From NCBI GenBank assembly GCA_036689325.1, contig CP144793.1, forward strand, positions 159,578 to 223,577: DNA of 64,000 nt, written 5' to 3'. Both the position numbers and the translations under genes were made by a program. The first letter of the stretch is position 1, and every line of letters starts with the position of its first letter. Under the pieces are notes generated by a model. That model saw only the letters and a list, made by a program, of their open reading frames with translations, did no database searches and was not told where the DNA came from. Source of the stretch: Candidatus Stammera capleta. Its GTDB lineage: Bacteria; Pseudomonadota; Gammaproteobacteria; Enterobacterales; Enterobacteriaceae. This document shows, piece after piece, positions 11,655 through 20,729 of this stretch.

Positions 11655-12005
11655 TTAATAACCAATTTTTTTTAATTTCATAGATTTTTTTGAAATTTTA
11701 CGAAGATAATATAATTTAGATTTTGAAAAAAAATTTCTCTTGATTATTATAAATTTTTTAATAATAGGAGAATAAATAAAAAATAATTTTTCAATTCCTT
11801 CATTATAAGATACTTTTCTAACCAATATAGAAGAATTAATACCTCTTTTTTTATAAGAAATAATAATACCCTTAAAAAACTGTATTCTTTTTTTTAATCC
11901 TTCTAAAATATAAAATTTAATTTGTATTAAATTGCCAGATTGAAATGAAGGAAGGTTTTTTTTACAAAATCTAGATTCTATCATAGATAATAATTTATTT
12001 TTCAT
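11655..12005 (-). CDS. rplS: 50S ribosomal protein L19
   Basis: 116 aa. LPSFQSGNLIQIKFYILEG.KKRIQFFKG and LVRK.S..EGIEK align with E. coli L19. Operon context with trmD. Confidence 0.96.
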   Translation of the reverse strand: MKNKLLSMIESRFCKKNLPSFQSGNLIQIKFYILEGLKKRIQFFKGIIISYKKRGINSSILVRKVSYNEGIEKLFFIYSPIIKKFIIIKRNFFSKSKLYYLRKISKKSMKLKKIGY

Positions 12006-12031
12006 TTAAATCACACCATTATATATTATAA

Positions 12032-12790
12032 TTATAAATTTAATATTTTATCTATTAATAAAAAAAATTCTCTTTTTTTATTTAAAAACATCTTTTTTAA
12101 TAAACAAAATTTTTTTAATAAAGTTTTTTTAAAAGAATTTCTTAATCTCCATAAATAAATTTCTTTATGATTACCTGACAAAAGTATTTTCGGTACTTTA
12201 ACATTAAATAAAGAGATAGGCTGCGTATAATTAGAAAAACCTAGTAAACCACCTGAATTACAAAATGAATCATAATAAATAGATTCTTGATTATTTAAAA
12301 CACCAGGTATATTTCTTGCTATAGCATCTATAACTACAATAGATGCAATTTCACCACAACTTATTATATAATTACCTATAGATAACTCAAAATCAACATA
12401 CTTATCTATTATACGCTGATCTATTCCACTATATCTACCACATATAAATATAATATTTTTAAATAAAAGATTTTGAATGATGTCATTATTTAAAATTTTA
12501 CCTTCAGGAGATAAATATATTAATACACAATTATTTTTATAAAAATTTTTTACTTTACAAATTACAGCACATAAAGGTTTATTTTTTAATATAACACCAG
12601 GTCCTCCTCCATATATTTTACCATCCATATTTTTATTTCTTTTATTAATAAAATCTCTAGGATTCCAGAAATTAACTTTTAAAAATTTCTTTTTTAATGC
12701 TTTATAAATAATACCATGTGAAAATACAGAATCAAAAAACTTTATATCTAAAGTTATCAAACTAATACTAGTACTTTTTAAACTATTCAT
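12032..12790 (-). CDS. trmD: tRNA (guanine37-N1)-methyltransferase
   Basis: 252 aa. YGGGPG, YLSPEGK, CGRYSGIDQR, SIGNYIISCGE and LLSGNHKEI..WR match the E. coli TrmD motifs. Confidence 0.95.
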   Translation of the reverse strand: MNSLKSTSISLITLDIKFFDSVFSHGIIYKALKKKFLKVNFWNPRDFINKRNKNMDGKIYGGGPGVILKNKPLCAVICKVKNFYKNNCVLIYLSPEGKILNNDIIQNLLFKNIIFICGRYSGIDQRIIDKYVDFELSIGNYIISCGEIASIVVIDAIARNIPGVLNNQESIYYDSFCNSGGLLGFSNYTQPISLFNVKVPKILLSGNHKEIYLWRLRNSFKKTLLKKFCLLKKMFLNKKREFFLLIDKILNL

Positions 12791-12850
12791 TAATCATTGA
12801 ATTAAAATTATAAACTTTTAAAATAATAAAAATCTTTATTGTTTTAATTA

Positions 12851-13102
12851 CTAAATTTCTAAAAATTTTTTATATAAATAAACCACTCTCTTAGATACTT
12901 GTGCACCTTTACTTAACCAATATTTATAATAATCTTTATTAAAAAATAAACTACTTTTTTTATTAATACAAAAATTAACACAATCAAAATAACCTATTTT
13001 TTGAATAAATTGTCCTTTACAAGATTTTCTATTATCAGTAACTATTATTTTATAAAAAGGTTGTTTTTTCTTGCCACAACGAGATAAACGTATTATCACC
13101 AT
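12851..13102 (-). CDS. rpsP: 30S ribosomal protein S16
   Basis: MVIIRLSRCGKKKQPFYKIIVTDNR compares with E. coli [25 protein letters not shown]. Confidence 0.96.
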   Translation of the reverse strand: MVIIRLSRCGKKKQPFYKIIVTDNRKSCKGQFIQKIGYFDCVNFCINKKSSLFFNKDYYKYWLSKGAQVSKRVVYLYKKFLEI

Positions 13103-13123
13103 AAATATAATAACTCCTTGATT

Positions 13124-14476
13124 TTATAAATTAAAATAATTAAAAATGTTATTAATATTTAAAAAATTATTATTTTGTTTAAAATAACATAAAAATTTTG
13201 TTAAATTTTTAAAAATTTTTATTAAAAACAAAACATCTTCAGTCTTTACACCAGCTCCTTTGGTAATACGAAAAATACGAGAACCTTTAATAATATTAGG
13301 ATTAAGACGTTCAAATTTAGTCATAGAATTCAATATAATTTCTATTTTTAAAATTTGTTTTTTATTTAAAAAATTTTCTCTATTTTTTAAAAAATCCAAA
13401 TTATTTAAATAACCAAATTTTGTAAAATCTTGAAATTTTTTTAAAAAAAACAAAAAATCATTTAAATTAATCACATTATTATTATCAAGAGACTGAGTGC
13501 TAAAATTATTTTGTTGAAAAAATTTCTTATCAAAATTATTATCACTCTTTATAAAAGTATAAATTTCTTCTAAATTCAAAAAATCTTTAACTATTTTACA
13601 TGGTTTATAAATATATAAATCCTTCAATTTTTCTCCCATACCTATAAAATTAATTGGTTTATTAATAATATATTTAATAGATAAAAAAATACCCCCTATA
13701 ACATCACTATCTAATTTTGTAACTATTACATTATCTATTTTAATATACTGAGAAAAATTTTTATAAACATTTTTAATATCTTGCCCACACATAGAATCTA
13801 TAACAAAAAAAGTCTTTATATTATCAAAACTATGTTGTATGATAGATATTTGTTTTAATATTTTAACATTTCTATAAAATATTCCAGGAGTATCAATAAA
13901 TAAACCCTGAGCTTGACTGTTTTTAAACTCATTAAATAAAAATAATATTATATCTTTATAATTTTTAACGTTTATATAATCTAACTCTGTAAATTTTATA
14001 CCAGCTTGAATAGATAAATATTTTAATCGATCTATTGCTGAAAGACAACGTATATCAAAAGTACCACTAATAATATTAATATTATTATTATTTTTAGTTA
14101 AAAAATAAGCTAATTTAGCTAAAGTTAAAGTTTTTCCAACACCGGGTAATCCAACAAATAAATAAACAAACTTATTCTTTTTGTTTTTTAAAAAAAAATC
14201 ATTTTGTTGTTTAAAAGTTAGAAAATTAATTAGTTCTTTTTTAAATATATATAGAATTTCTCTTTCAAAAAATAAACTAGATACTACATTATTTTTAATA
14301 ATTTCTTTTCTTAAAGAAGAAACAAAATATTTTGTAGCATCTAAACATACATCTACATCTATAAATAAATTATAGATTAACAACAAAAATTCTTCCACTT
14401 TATTCTGATGTATTTGATTAATACCTTTAATTTTTAAAAAAATATCTTTTAATTTATTTTTAAAATTATAAAACAT
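13124..14476 (-). CDS. ffh: signal recognition particle protein Ffh
   Basis: 450 aa. GTPase motifs GLPGVGKT, DTPG and TKLDSD..GG, and the M-domain core ILNSMTKFERLNPNIIKGSRIFRITKGAG. Confidence 0.95.
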   Translation of the reverse strand: MFYNFKNKLKDIFLKIKGINQIHQNKVEEFLLLIYNLFIDVDVCLDATKYFVSSLRKEIIKNNVVSSLFFEREILYIFKKELINFLTFKQQNDFFLKNKKNKFVYLFVGLPGVGKTLTLAKLAYFLTKNNNNINIISGTFDIRCLSAIDRLKYLSIQAGIKFTELDYINVKNYKDIILFLFNEFKNSQAQGLFIDTPGIFYRNVKILKQISIIQHSFDNIKTFFVIDSMCGQDIKNVYKNFSQYIKIDNVIVTKLDSDVIGGIFLSIKYIINKPINFIGMGEKLKDLYIYKPCKIVKDFLNLEEIYTFIKSDNNFDKKFFQQNNFSTQSLDNNNVINLNDFLFFLKKFQDFTKFGYLNNLDFLKNRENFLNKKQILKIEIILNSMTKFERLNPNIIKGSRIFRITKGAGVKTEDVLFLIKIFKNLTKFLCYFKQNNNFLNINNIFNYFNL

Positions 14477-14500
14477 ATTAGTATAAACACTTGATTAATA

Positions 14501-14585
14501 CAGTGGGAAAGGGATTCGAACCCTTGATACAAAAATGTATACACGTGTTCCAGACGTGTTCTTTCAACCACTCAGACATCCCACT
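14501..14585 (-). tRNA. tRNA-Ser (anticodon GGA), long variable arm, no encoded CCA
   Basis: AGTGGGA-TG-TCT-GAGTGGTTGAA-AGA-A-CACGT-CTGGAAC-ACGTG-TATACATTTTTGTATC-AAGGG-TTCGAAT-CCCTT-TCCCACT-G. It parallels E. coli tRNA-Ser(GGA). Confidence 0.92.
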
Positions 14586-14673
14586 TTTAATATTATTAAT
14601 TTATATATTTTATTATTATATAATTAAAATTAACCTTTGACAAAATATATATCTCTATTATAATAAATAATAT

Positions 14674-14746
14674 TCCTCTGTAGTTCAGTTGGTAGAACAA
14701 CGGACTGTTAATCCGTATGTCACTGGTTCGAATCCAGTCGGAGGAG
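14674..14746 (+). tRNA. tRNA-Asn (anticodon GTT), no encoded CCA
   Basis: TCCTCTGTAGTTCAGTTGGTAGAACAACGGACTGTTAATCCGTATGTCACTGGTTCGAATCCAGTCGGAGGAG is nearly identical to E. coli tRNA-Asn. Confidence 0.95.
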
Positions 14747-14765
14747 TTAATTTTTAAAACATATA

Positions 14766-17171
14766 TTAAATATCAATATTTACTACATCAAGAGCATACT
14801 TTTGAATAAATGTTTTTCTAGGTACAACTTCATCACCCATTAAAATCTTAAACAAAGAGTTAGCTTTTTTAACATCATCTATCAAAACTTTAAGTAAAAC
14901 TCTGTTTTTGGGATTCATTGTAGTATCCCATAATTGAATAGGATTCATTTCTCCCAAACCTTTATATCTTTGTATAAAAATATATTTTTTAGAAAACTCT
15001 AAAACAAAATTGATAAATATATAAAAATTATTAAAATAATACTTTTTATTTTTTAAATAGATATAAAATTTTTTAAATTTATTTAAAAAAAACAATGCAT
15101 TAGATAAAGACAGTAATTTATTATAATAAGAACTTAAAAAAAATTTTTTACTCAAAAATATTTTTTTCTTTAAAAAATTTTTTAAAAATAAAAACTTAAA
15201 ACCATAAAAAATACTGTTTTTTTTATAACACACTACACCAGTTATTTTATGTTTTAAACAATTTTTATTTAATAAATATATAAAATCTTTTAACCACTTA
15301 CTAACATTTGACAAATCTAATTTTTTAAAAAACATTAATTTATTTAAAATAAAATCAGTTAAAACACTTTGAGTTTTAAAAATAAAATTACTAACGGATA
15401 AATATACATATATATTATGTATCAATTTCTTGTTATTTAAAATAATTAATCTTTTATGGTATAAATCAATATCTTTAAAAGCAAAAGATAATTTATATTT
15501 AAGTAAATCGTTTTCATTTCTAACATAAAATTCTTTTTTACCTCTTTTAATTTTATATAAAGGAGGTTGAGCAATATACAAATTACCATTAGAAATTAAA
15601 TCTGTCATATATCTATAAAAAAAAGTTAATAATAATGTCCTAATATGTGCACCATCTATATCTGCATCTGTCATAATAATAATTTTATTATATTTTAACT
15701 TAGATAATTTTAATTGGTTTACATCTATTTCACTTTTTATCCCACAACCTAAAGAAGATATTAAAGTAATAATTTCTTGTGAAGATAAAACTTTATCTAA
15801 ACCAGATTTTTCAACATTAATTATTTTACCTTTTAAAGGTAAAACAGCTTGATTTTTTCTGTTTCTACCTTGTTTAGCAGAACCACCTGCAGAATCTCCT
15901 TCTACCAAAAATATTTCAGCATACTTAGGATTTTTTTCCTGACAATCAGCTAATTTACCTGAAATAACAGAACAATCTAACATATTTTTTTTACGAGATA
16001 TTTCTCTAGTTTTTTTTATAGCTTCTCTAATCTTGGAAGAATCAATAATTTTATTTATAATTAATTTACTATCAACAGGATGTTCCAAAAAAAAATCATA
16101 TAAATATTCAATTACTAAAGATTCTACTAAAGATCTCACCTCAGAAGAAATTAATTTATTTTTAGTTTGTGATAAAAATTTAGGATCAAACATTCTTAAA
16201 GAAATTACTGCTAATAATCCAATCCTTACATCTTCTCCAATAATATGAAATTTATTTTTAATACTTTTTAACTCTTGAGTAATAAAATTATTTATTGTTC
16301 TGGTTACTCCAGATTTAAAACCTGATAAATGAGTACCACCATCAATTTGTGGAATATTATTAGTAAAACAATATATCTCTTGCTTAAAAGAATGTAACCA
16401 TCTACATCCTATTTCTAAATAAAAATCTAATTTTTTATATTTAAAATAAAAAATATTTTCATGTATATGTCTTTTGTTTTTAGACAAAAAAATTAAAAAA
16501 GATTTAATACCATGTTTGTTTATATAAATTTCATTTTTATTTTTAATTTTATCTAATATACTTAAACATAATCCAGGATTTAAAAAAGATAATTGTTGTA
16601 ATCTACGTGCTAAAAAACAATAATTAAAACATAATATACCAGAAAAAATCTTTTTATCTGGCCAAAATCTAATATAAGTACCATTTTTATTAGTCTGTCC
16701 AATTACAGATAATGTTGTGTTAGGAACACCATGACAGTAAATTTGATAATATATTTTACCATCACGATATATTTTTAATTCTAATTTTTTAGATAACGCA
16801 TTAACAACAGACACACCAACCCCATGTAAACCACCTGAAACTTTATAAGAATAATTATCAAATTTACCACCAGAATGTAAAACTGTCATGATTAATTCAA
16901 CAGCTGGTATACCTTCTTCTTGATGAATATCTACTGGTATTCCTCTACCATCATCTTGAACAGAAATAGAACCATCTTGATATAAAATAACATTTATATT
17001 TTTACAAAAACCAGCTAAAGATTCATCAATAGAATTATCTAATAATTCAAAAACCATATGATGTAACCCAGTACCATCATCAGTGTTACCTATATACATA
17101 CCTGGTCTTTTACGTACCGCTTCTAAACCTTTTAATACTTTTATATTAGAAGCATTATAAGAATTTAACAA
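14766..17171 (-). CDS. gyrB: DNA gyrase subunit B
   Basis: 801 aa. LNSYNASNIKVLKGLEAVRKRPGMYIG, HHMVFELLDNSIDE, EGDSAGGSAKQGR and PLKGKIINVE. The start is TTG, aligned with the E. coli Met1 and preceded by GAGGT (17176..17180). Confidence 0.97.
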   Translation of the reverse strand: MLNSYNASNIKVLKGLEAVRKRPGMYIGNTDDGTGLHHMVFELLDNSIDESLAGFCKNINVILYQDGSISVQDDGRGIPVDIHQEEGIPAVELIMTVLHSGGKFDNYSYKVSGGLHGVGVSVVNALSKKLELKIYRDGKIYYQIYCHGVPNTTLSVIGQTNKNGTYIRFWPDKKIFSGILCFNYCFLARRLQQLSFLNPGLCLSILDKIKNKNEIYINKHGIKSFLIFLSKNKRHIHENIFYFKYKKLDFYLEIGCRWLHSFKQEIYCFTNNIPQIDGGTHLSGFKSGVTRTINNFITQELKSIKNKFHIIGEDVRIGLLAVISLRMFDPKFLSQTKNKLISSEVRSLVESLVIEYLYDFFLEHPVDSKLIINKIIDSSKIREAIKKTREISRKKNMLDCSVISGKLADCQEKNPKYAEIFLVEGDSAGGSAKQGRNRKNQAVLPLKGKIINVEKSGLDKVLSSQEIITLISSLGCGIKSEIDVNQLKLSKLKYNKIIIMTDADIDGAHIRTLLLTFFYRYMTDLISNGNLYIAQPPLYKIKRGKKEFYVRNENDLLKYKLSFAFKDIDLYHKRLIILNNKKLIHNIYVYLSVSNFIFKTQSVLTDFILNKLMFFKKLDLSNVSKWLKDFIYLLNKNCLKHKITGVVCYKKNSIFYGFKFLFLKNFLKKKIFLSKKFFLSSYYNKLLSLSNALFFLNKFKKFYIYLKNKKYYFNNFYIFINFVLEFSKKYIFIQRYKGLGEMNPIQLWDTTMNPKNRVLLKVLIDDVKKANSLFKILMGDEVVPRKTFIQKYALDVVNIDI

Positions 17172-17211
17172 AATAACCTCACTTAAAAAAAATTAAAATT
17201 AAAAACAAAAA

Positions 17212-18336
17212 TTATATTTTTATTGGCATAACCATATGATTAATATATATATTTTTTAGATCAACAAATTTTACTATACTAAATTTATCCTTAAAATAAA
17301 AACGTATAAATGAAGACTCTTTTATTAAATTAATAATATCTAATATATATCTAATATTAAAGGTAATTTTTAAGTTTATATTGTTATTAATAATTATTTT
17401 CTCTACAGATTCATCATTATTAAAATTATTAGTTAATATTTTTAATATATTCTTTTTTAGAACGAATGTTACATAATTAAAAGTATCATCAACTATAATT
17501 GATGATCTGATTATAGCATTTTTAAAAATCAAACCATCAAAATCAACAAAATAATAATCTTTTATATTAATGATCACATTAAAATTAGGAAAAGTACCAT
17601 TTATTAAATTAGAATATATAATATATTTATTTATACATATTTGTATTTTATTAACACTAATCTTAAACAAAATTTGTTCATCATGTTTTATAAAAAGACA
17701 AAATTTAAACAACTCAAAAACTAATTTTTTAGGTAAAATAAAACAAAAATTATGTTTTTTTTTTATTATAAAATATTTAGGTTTTAATTGATAAACAGAC
17801 ATCCTATAACTATCCGTAGTTACAAAAAAACAAAATTTATTATTTTCTATTAACATACCATTTAAAAAATGATGTATATTTTGATTACTCATAGCAAAAC
17901 AAACAGAACTAATAATTTTTTTTAACAAAAAAGAAGAAATAATTAACTTATTTTTAACTTTAAAATTTTTATCAAAAAATGGAAAATTTGAAGGAGTAAT
18001 AGTAGATAAATAAAAAACACTACTTAAATAAGAAATCTTTAATCTTTTATTATATAAAAAAAATAATAAATCACTATTTTTAGGAAAAGTTTTACATAAT
18101 GTATATAATTTACGAATATTTACAGTTATTACTCCACAAGATATTATATTTTGTTTTAAGACACTAGTGGTAAAACTAATTTCTACATTTAAATCAGTAA
18201 TAACAAATAATAAAACATCTTTTTTTAAAGATATTAAAACATTAGAAAATATAGGATTTTGTGTGCTAAAAGGTAAATAATTACTTAATTTACTTAAAGG
18301 TTTTAATATTACTTCTTTTTTAATAAAAAATTTCAT
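17212..18336 (-). CDS. dnaN: DNA polymerase III beta sliding clamp
   Basis: 374 aa. MKFFIKKEVILKPL, YLNGMLIE, TDSYRMS, GTFPNF and the C-terminal MVMPIKI are collinear with E. coli DnaN. Confidence 0.93.
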   Translation of the reverse strand: MKFFIKKEVILKPLSKLSNYLPFSTQNPIFSNVLISLKKDVLLFVITDLNVEISFTTSVLKQNIISCGVITVNIRKLYTLCKTFPKNSDLLFFLYNKRLKISYLSSVFYLSTITPSNFPFFDKNFKVKNKLIISSFLLKKIISSVCFAMSNQNIHHFLNGMLIENNKFCFFVTTDSYRMSVYQLKPKYFIIKKKHNFCFILPKKLVFELFKFCLFIKHDEQILFKISVNKIQICINKYIIYSNLINGTFPNFNVIINIKDYYFVDFDGLIFKNAIIRSSIIVDDTFNYVTFVLKKNILKILTNNFNNDESVEKIIINNNINLKITFNIRYILDIINLIKESSFIRFYFKDKFSIVKFVDLKNIYINHMVMPIKI

Positions 18337-18810
18337 CTTTACAAATAAACATAAAATAATTAAATAATATAATATAATTAAAATTTTAAAATTATTTTTA
18401 AAATAATTTTAATCAATAAAAATTTTTAAAAATTTTGAAATAAAATTAAGAGTATTAAATTAAATATCGTTATATAATATTAAACTTAGTCTTTCTAAAG
18501 ATACATTATATAAATAAATAAAATATATAAATATATAATTATATATGATATATAATAGAAAATAAACACAAATATATTGATTTAATATATTTAAAAAATA
18601 CATATTTAAACACAAAATATCATCAAATTTAACTTTAAATAAAAACTTTAAAATTTTTGCAAAAATATATTTCTAAACATAAAAAAATATATATTTGATT
18701 TTATTAAAACACTTAACAATGTTTACATAAAAAAACAATAAAAAACTATTTATATAATAAAATCTATATATAATATTTATTATAAATAAAAATTTAAAAA
18801 AACATAAAAA

Positions 18811-18936
18811 ATGAAAAGAACATTTCAACCATCAAATATAAAAAAAAAAAGAACCCACGGTTTTAGATTAAGAATGTCCACAAAAAATGGTAGAAAAATA
18901 CTTAATAACAAAAGAAAAAAAAATAAAAAAAAATAA
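18811..18936 (+). CDS. rpmH: 50S ribosomal protein L34
   Basis: Not in the ORF track (41 aa). Own translation: [41 protein letters not shown], compared with E. coli [31 protein letters not shown]. Confidence 0.9.
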   Translation: MKRTFQPSNIKKKRTHGFRLRMSTKNGRKILNNKRKKNKKK

Positions 18937-19294
18937 ATTAAAAAAACTTTCATTTCCCAAACAAATGAGGATAAAAAAATATCAAAAAATAAAATTTAAA
19001 TTTTACAAAAATCTATTTTGGATAAACATAAAAATTCATAAAAATAATTTATTATATCCTAGGATTAAAATTTTAATTAATAAAAAAAACATAAAGTATT
19101 CATTTTTAAGAAATAAATTTAAAAGAATTATTAGAGAAAATTTTAGAATTAATCAAATTTATATTAAGAATATAGATTATTTAATAATTATAAAAAAAAA
19201 CATTTTAAATTTATCTATAAAAAAAATTAGTAGAAAAATGAAAAATTTATGGATCAACAAAAAACACCATATTGATAATAATAAGTTTTTATAA
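18887..19294 (+). CDS. rnpA: RNase P protein component
   Basis: Very basic protein directly after rpm[11 protein letters not shown] aligns with E. coli VKLAFPRELRL, and [15 protein letters not shown] with RNRIKRLTRESFR. The start is uncertain: the ATG at 18887 overlaps rpmH by 50 nt, and the next ATG at 18965 would remove the conserved KLSFP. Confidence 0.8.
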   Translation: MVEKYLITKEKKIKKNKLKKLSFPKQMRIKKYQKIKFKFYKNLFWINIKIHKNNLLYPRIKILINKKNIKYSFLRNKFKRIIRENFRINQIYIKNIDYLIIIKKNILNLSIKKISRKMKNLWINKKHHIDNNKFL

Positions 19295-19304
19295 AAACTA
19301 TATA

Positions 19305-20729
19305 ATGTCTCTAAAAAAAAAGCAACTATCAGCTTTACTAATATTTATAATATTTATAATAAATATTTTTTATAAAAAAACTATTGTGGCTAATAATATA
19401 ACTCCTAAAAAAACACACAATATTAACATTATAAAAAAAAACAATTTTATTTATTATGAAATAAAAAATAATCTATTAAAAGTAAAATTAATAAAAAAAA
19501 TTAACTTTTTAAAAAAAAATTTTTTCATTTCTTTAAATAAAAAAATATTAATGCATTTAAACAACTTCGAAAATATAAAAAAATTCTTATTAAAAACAAA
19601 AAAAAAATATGTTTTTTTAAAAACAAACAAAAAAGTATATATTTTTACACTAATAAAAAATAAAAATATCGAATATATAAAACAAATTATTATTTATAAC
19701 CACTCTTATTGTATTAATATAAATTTTTATATAAAAAATATATCACCTAAAAATATAAATTTTATTTTAAAAAATAATGTTTTTTTAAAACAAAATAATA
19801 AATTTATTTTAATTACAAATAATAAACAAATAAATAAAAAAATTAATTATATAAAAAAAAATTTTTTTTTATTAAAAAATCCATGGATAGCATTAAAAGA
19901 AAAATATTTTATACATATATGGATGATTAAAAAAAATAAAAATATTACTTATTTTAAAATAAATTTAAAAAAGAAAAATAACTTTGTTAATATCAATGTA
20001 CAATCAAATTTAATTAAATTAAATAGTGGTCAAATTAAAAAAATAAAATACAAATATTATATAGGTCCAAAAATATACAACACAATATATCATATAAATA
20101 AAACAATAAACAACTATATTACTGATTATGGTTGGTTCACATTTATATTAAAACCAATATTTTATTTATTTAATTTTATTAACAACTATACAAATAGTTG
20201 GGGATATACAATTATTATCGGTAGTTTAATAATTAAATTACTTCTTTTACCTATAGAAAAATTTCAAAAAAATATTTTTTATAAAATACAAAAAATACAA
20301 AACAAAATACAACAAATAAAAAATTCTAAAATTTCTCAAAAAAAAATAAACAAAAAAATTATAAATTTATATAGTAAAAATAATATCAAACCTATTTATT
20401 TGTTTTTACCAATAATAGTTCAATTATTTATATTTATTACAATATATAAATTATTATATACATTAGCAGAATTAAAAGGTAAAAGTTTTTTATTTTGGAT
20501 AAAAGATTTATCCTCATATGATCCTTACTATGTATTACCAATAATTATGGGTATTACTTCATATATATCTCAGACATCAAAAACAAATTTATCTATTAAA
20601 CACACACAAATAAATATATTTGTATCATTAATATTTACACTTTTTTCTTTAAAAATACACAGCGGAATTATATTATTTTATATTATAAATAATATTTTAA
20701 ACACAATAATAAAAAAACATAATGGTTAA
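19305..20729 (+). CDS. yidC: membrane protein insertase YidC
   Basis: DYGWFTFILKPIF, NSWGYTIII, FLFWIKDLSSYDPYYVLPIIMG and SGIILFYIINN. The ORF track starts at a TTG at 19272; the first ATG at 19305 gives MSLKKKQLSALLIF, a typical N-terminal transmembrane segment. Confidence 0.93.
   Translation: MSLKKKQLSALLIFIIFIINIFYKKTIVANNITPKKTHNINIIKKNNFIYYEIKNNLLKVKLIKKINFLKKNFFISLNKKILMHLNNFENIKKFLLKTKKKYVFLKTNKKVYIFTLIKNKNIEYIKQIIIYNHSYCININFYIKNISPKNINFILKNNVFLKQNNKFILITNNKQINKKINYIKKNFFLLKNPWIALKEKYFIHIWMIKKNKNITYFKINLKKKNNFVNINVQSNLIKLNSGQIKKIKYKYYIGPKIYNTIYHINKTINNYITDYGWFTFILKPIFYLFNFINNYTNSWGYTIIIGSLIIKLLLLPIEKFQKNIFYKIQKIQNKIQQIKNSKISQKKINKKIINLYSKNNIKPIYLFLPIIVQLFIFITIYKLLYTLAELKGKSFLFWIKDLSSYDPYYVLPIIMGITSYISQTSKTNLSIKHTQINIFVSLIFTLFSLKIHSGIILFYIINNILNTIIKKHNG

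Noticed and set aside
18606-18614. TTAAACACA in the dnaN/rpmH spacer, which resembles a DnaA box (TTATCCACA)
   Set aside because: It has two mismatches in the core of a 9-mer within AT-rich DNA, it is a single copy, and there is no dnaA gene at the locus. It is not meaningful evidence for an oriC.
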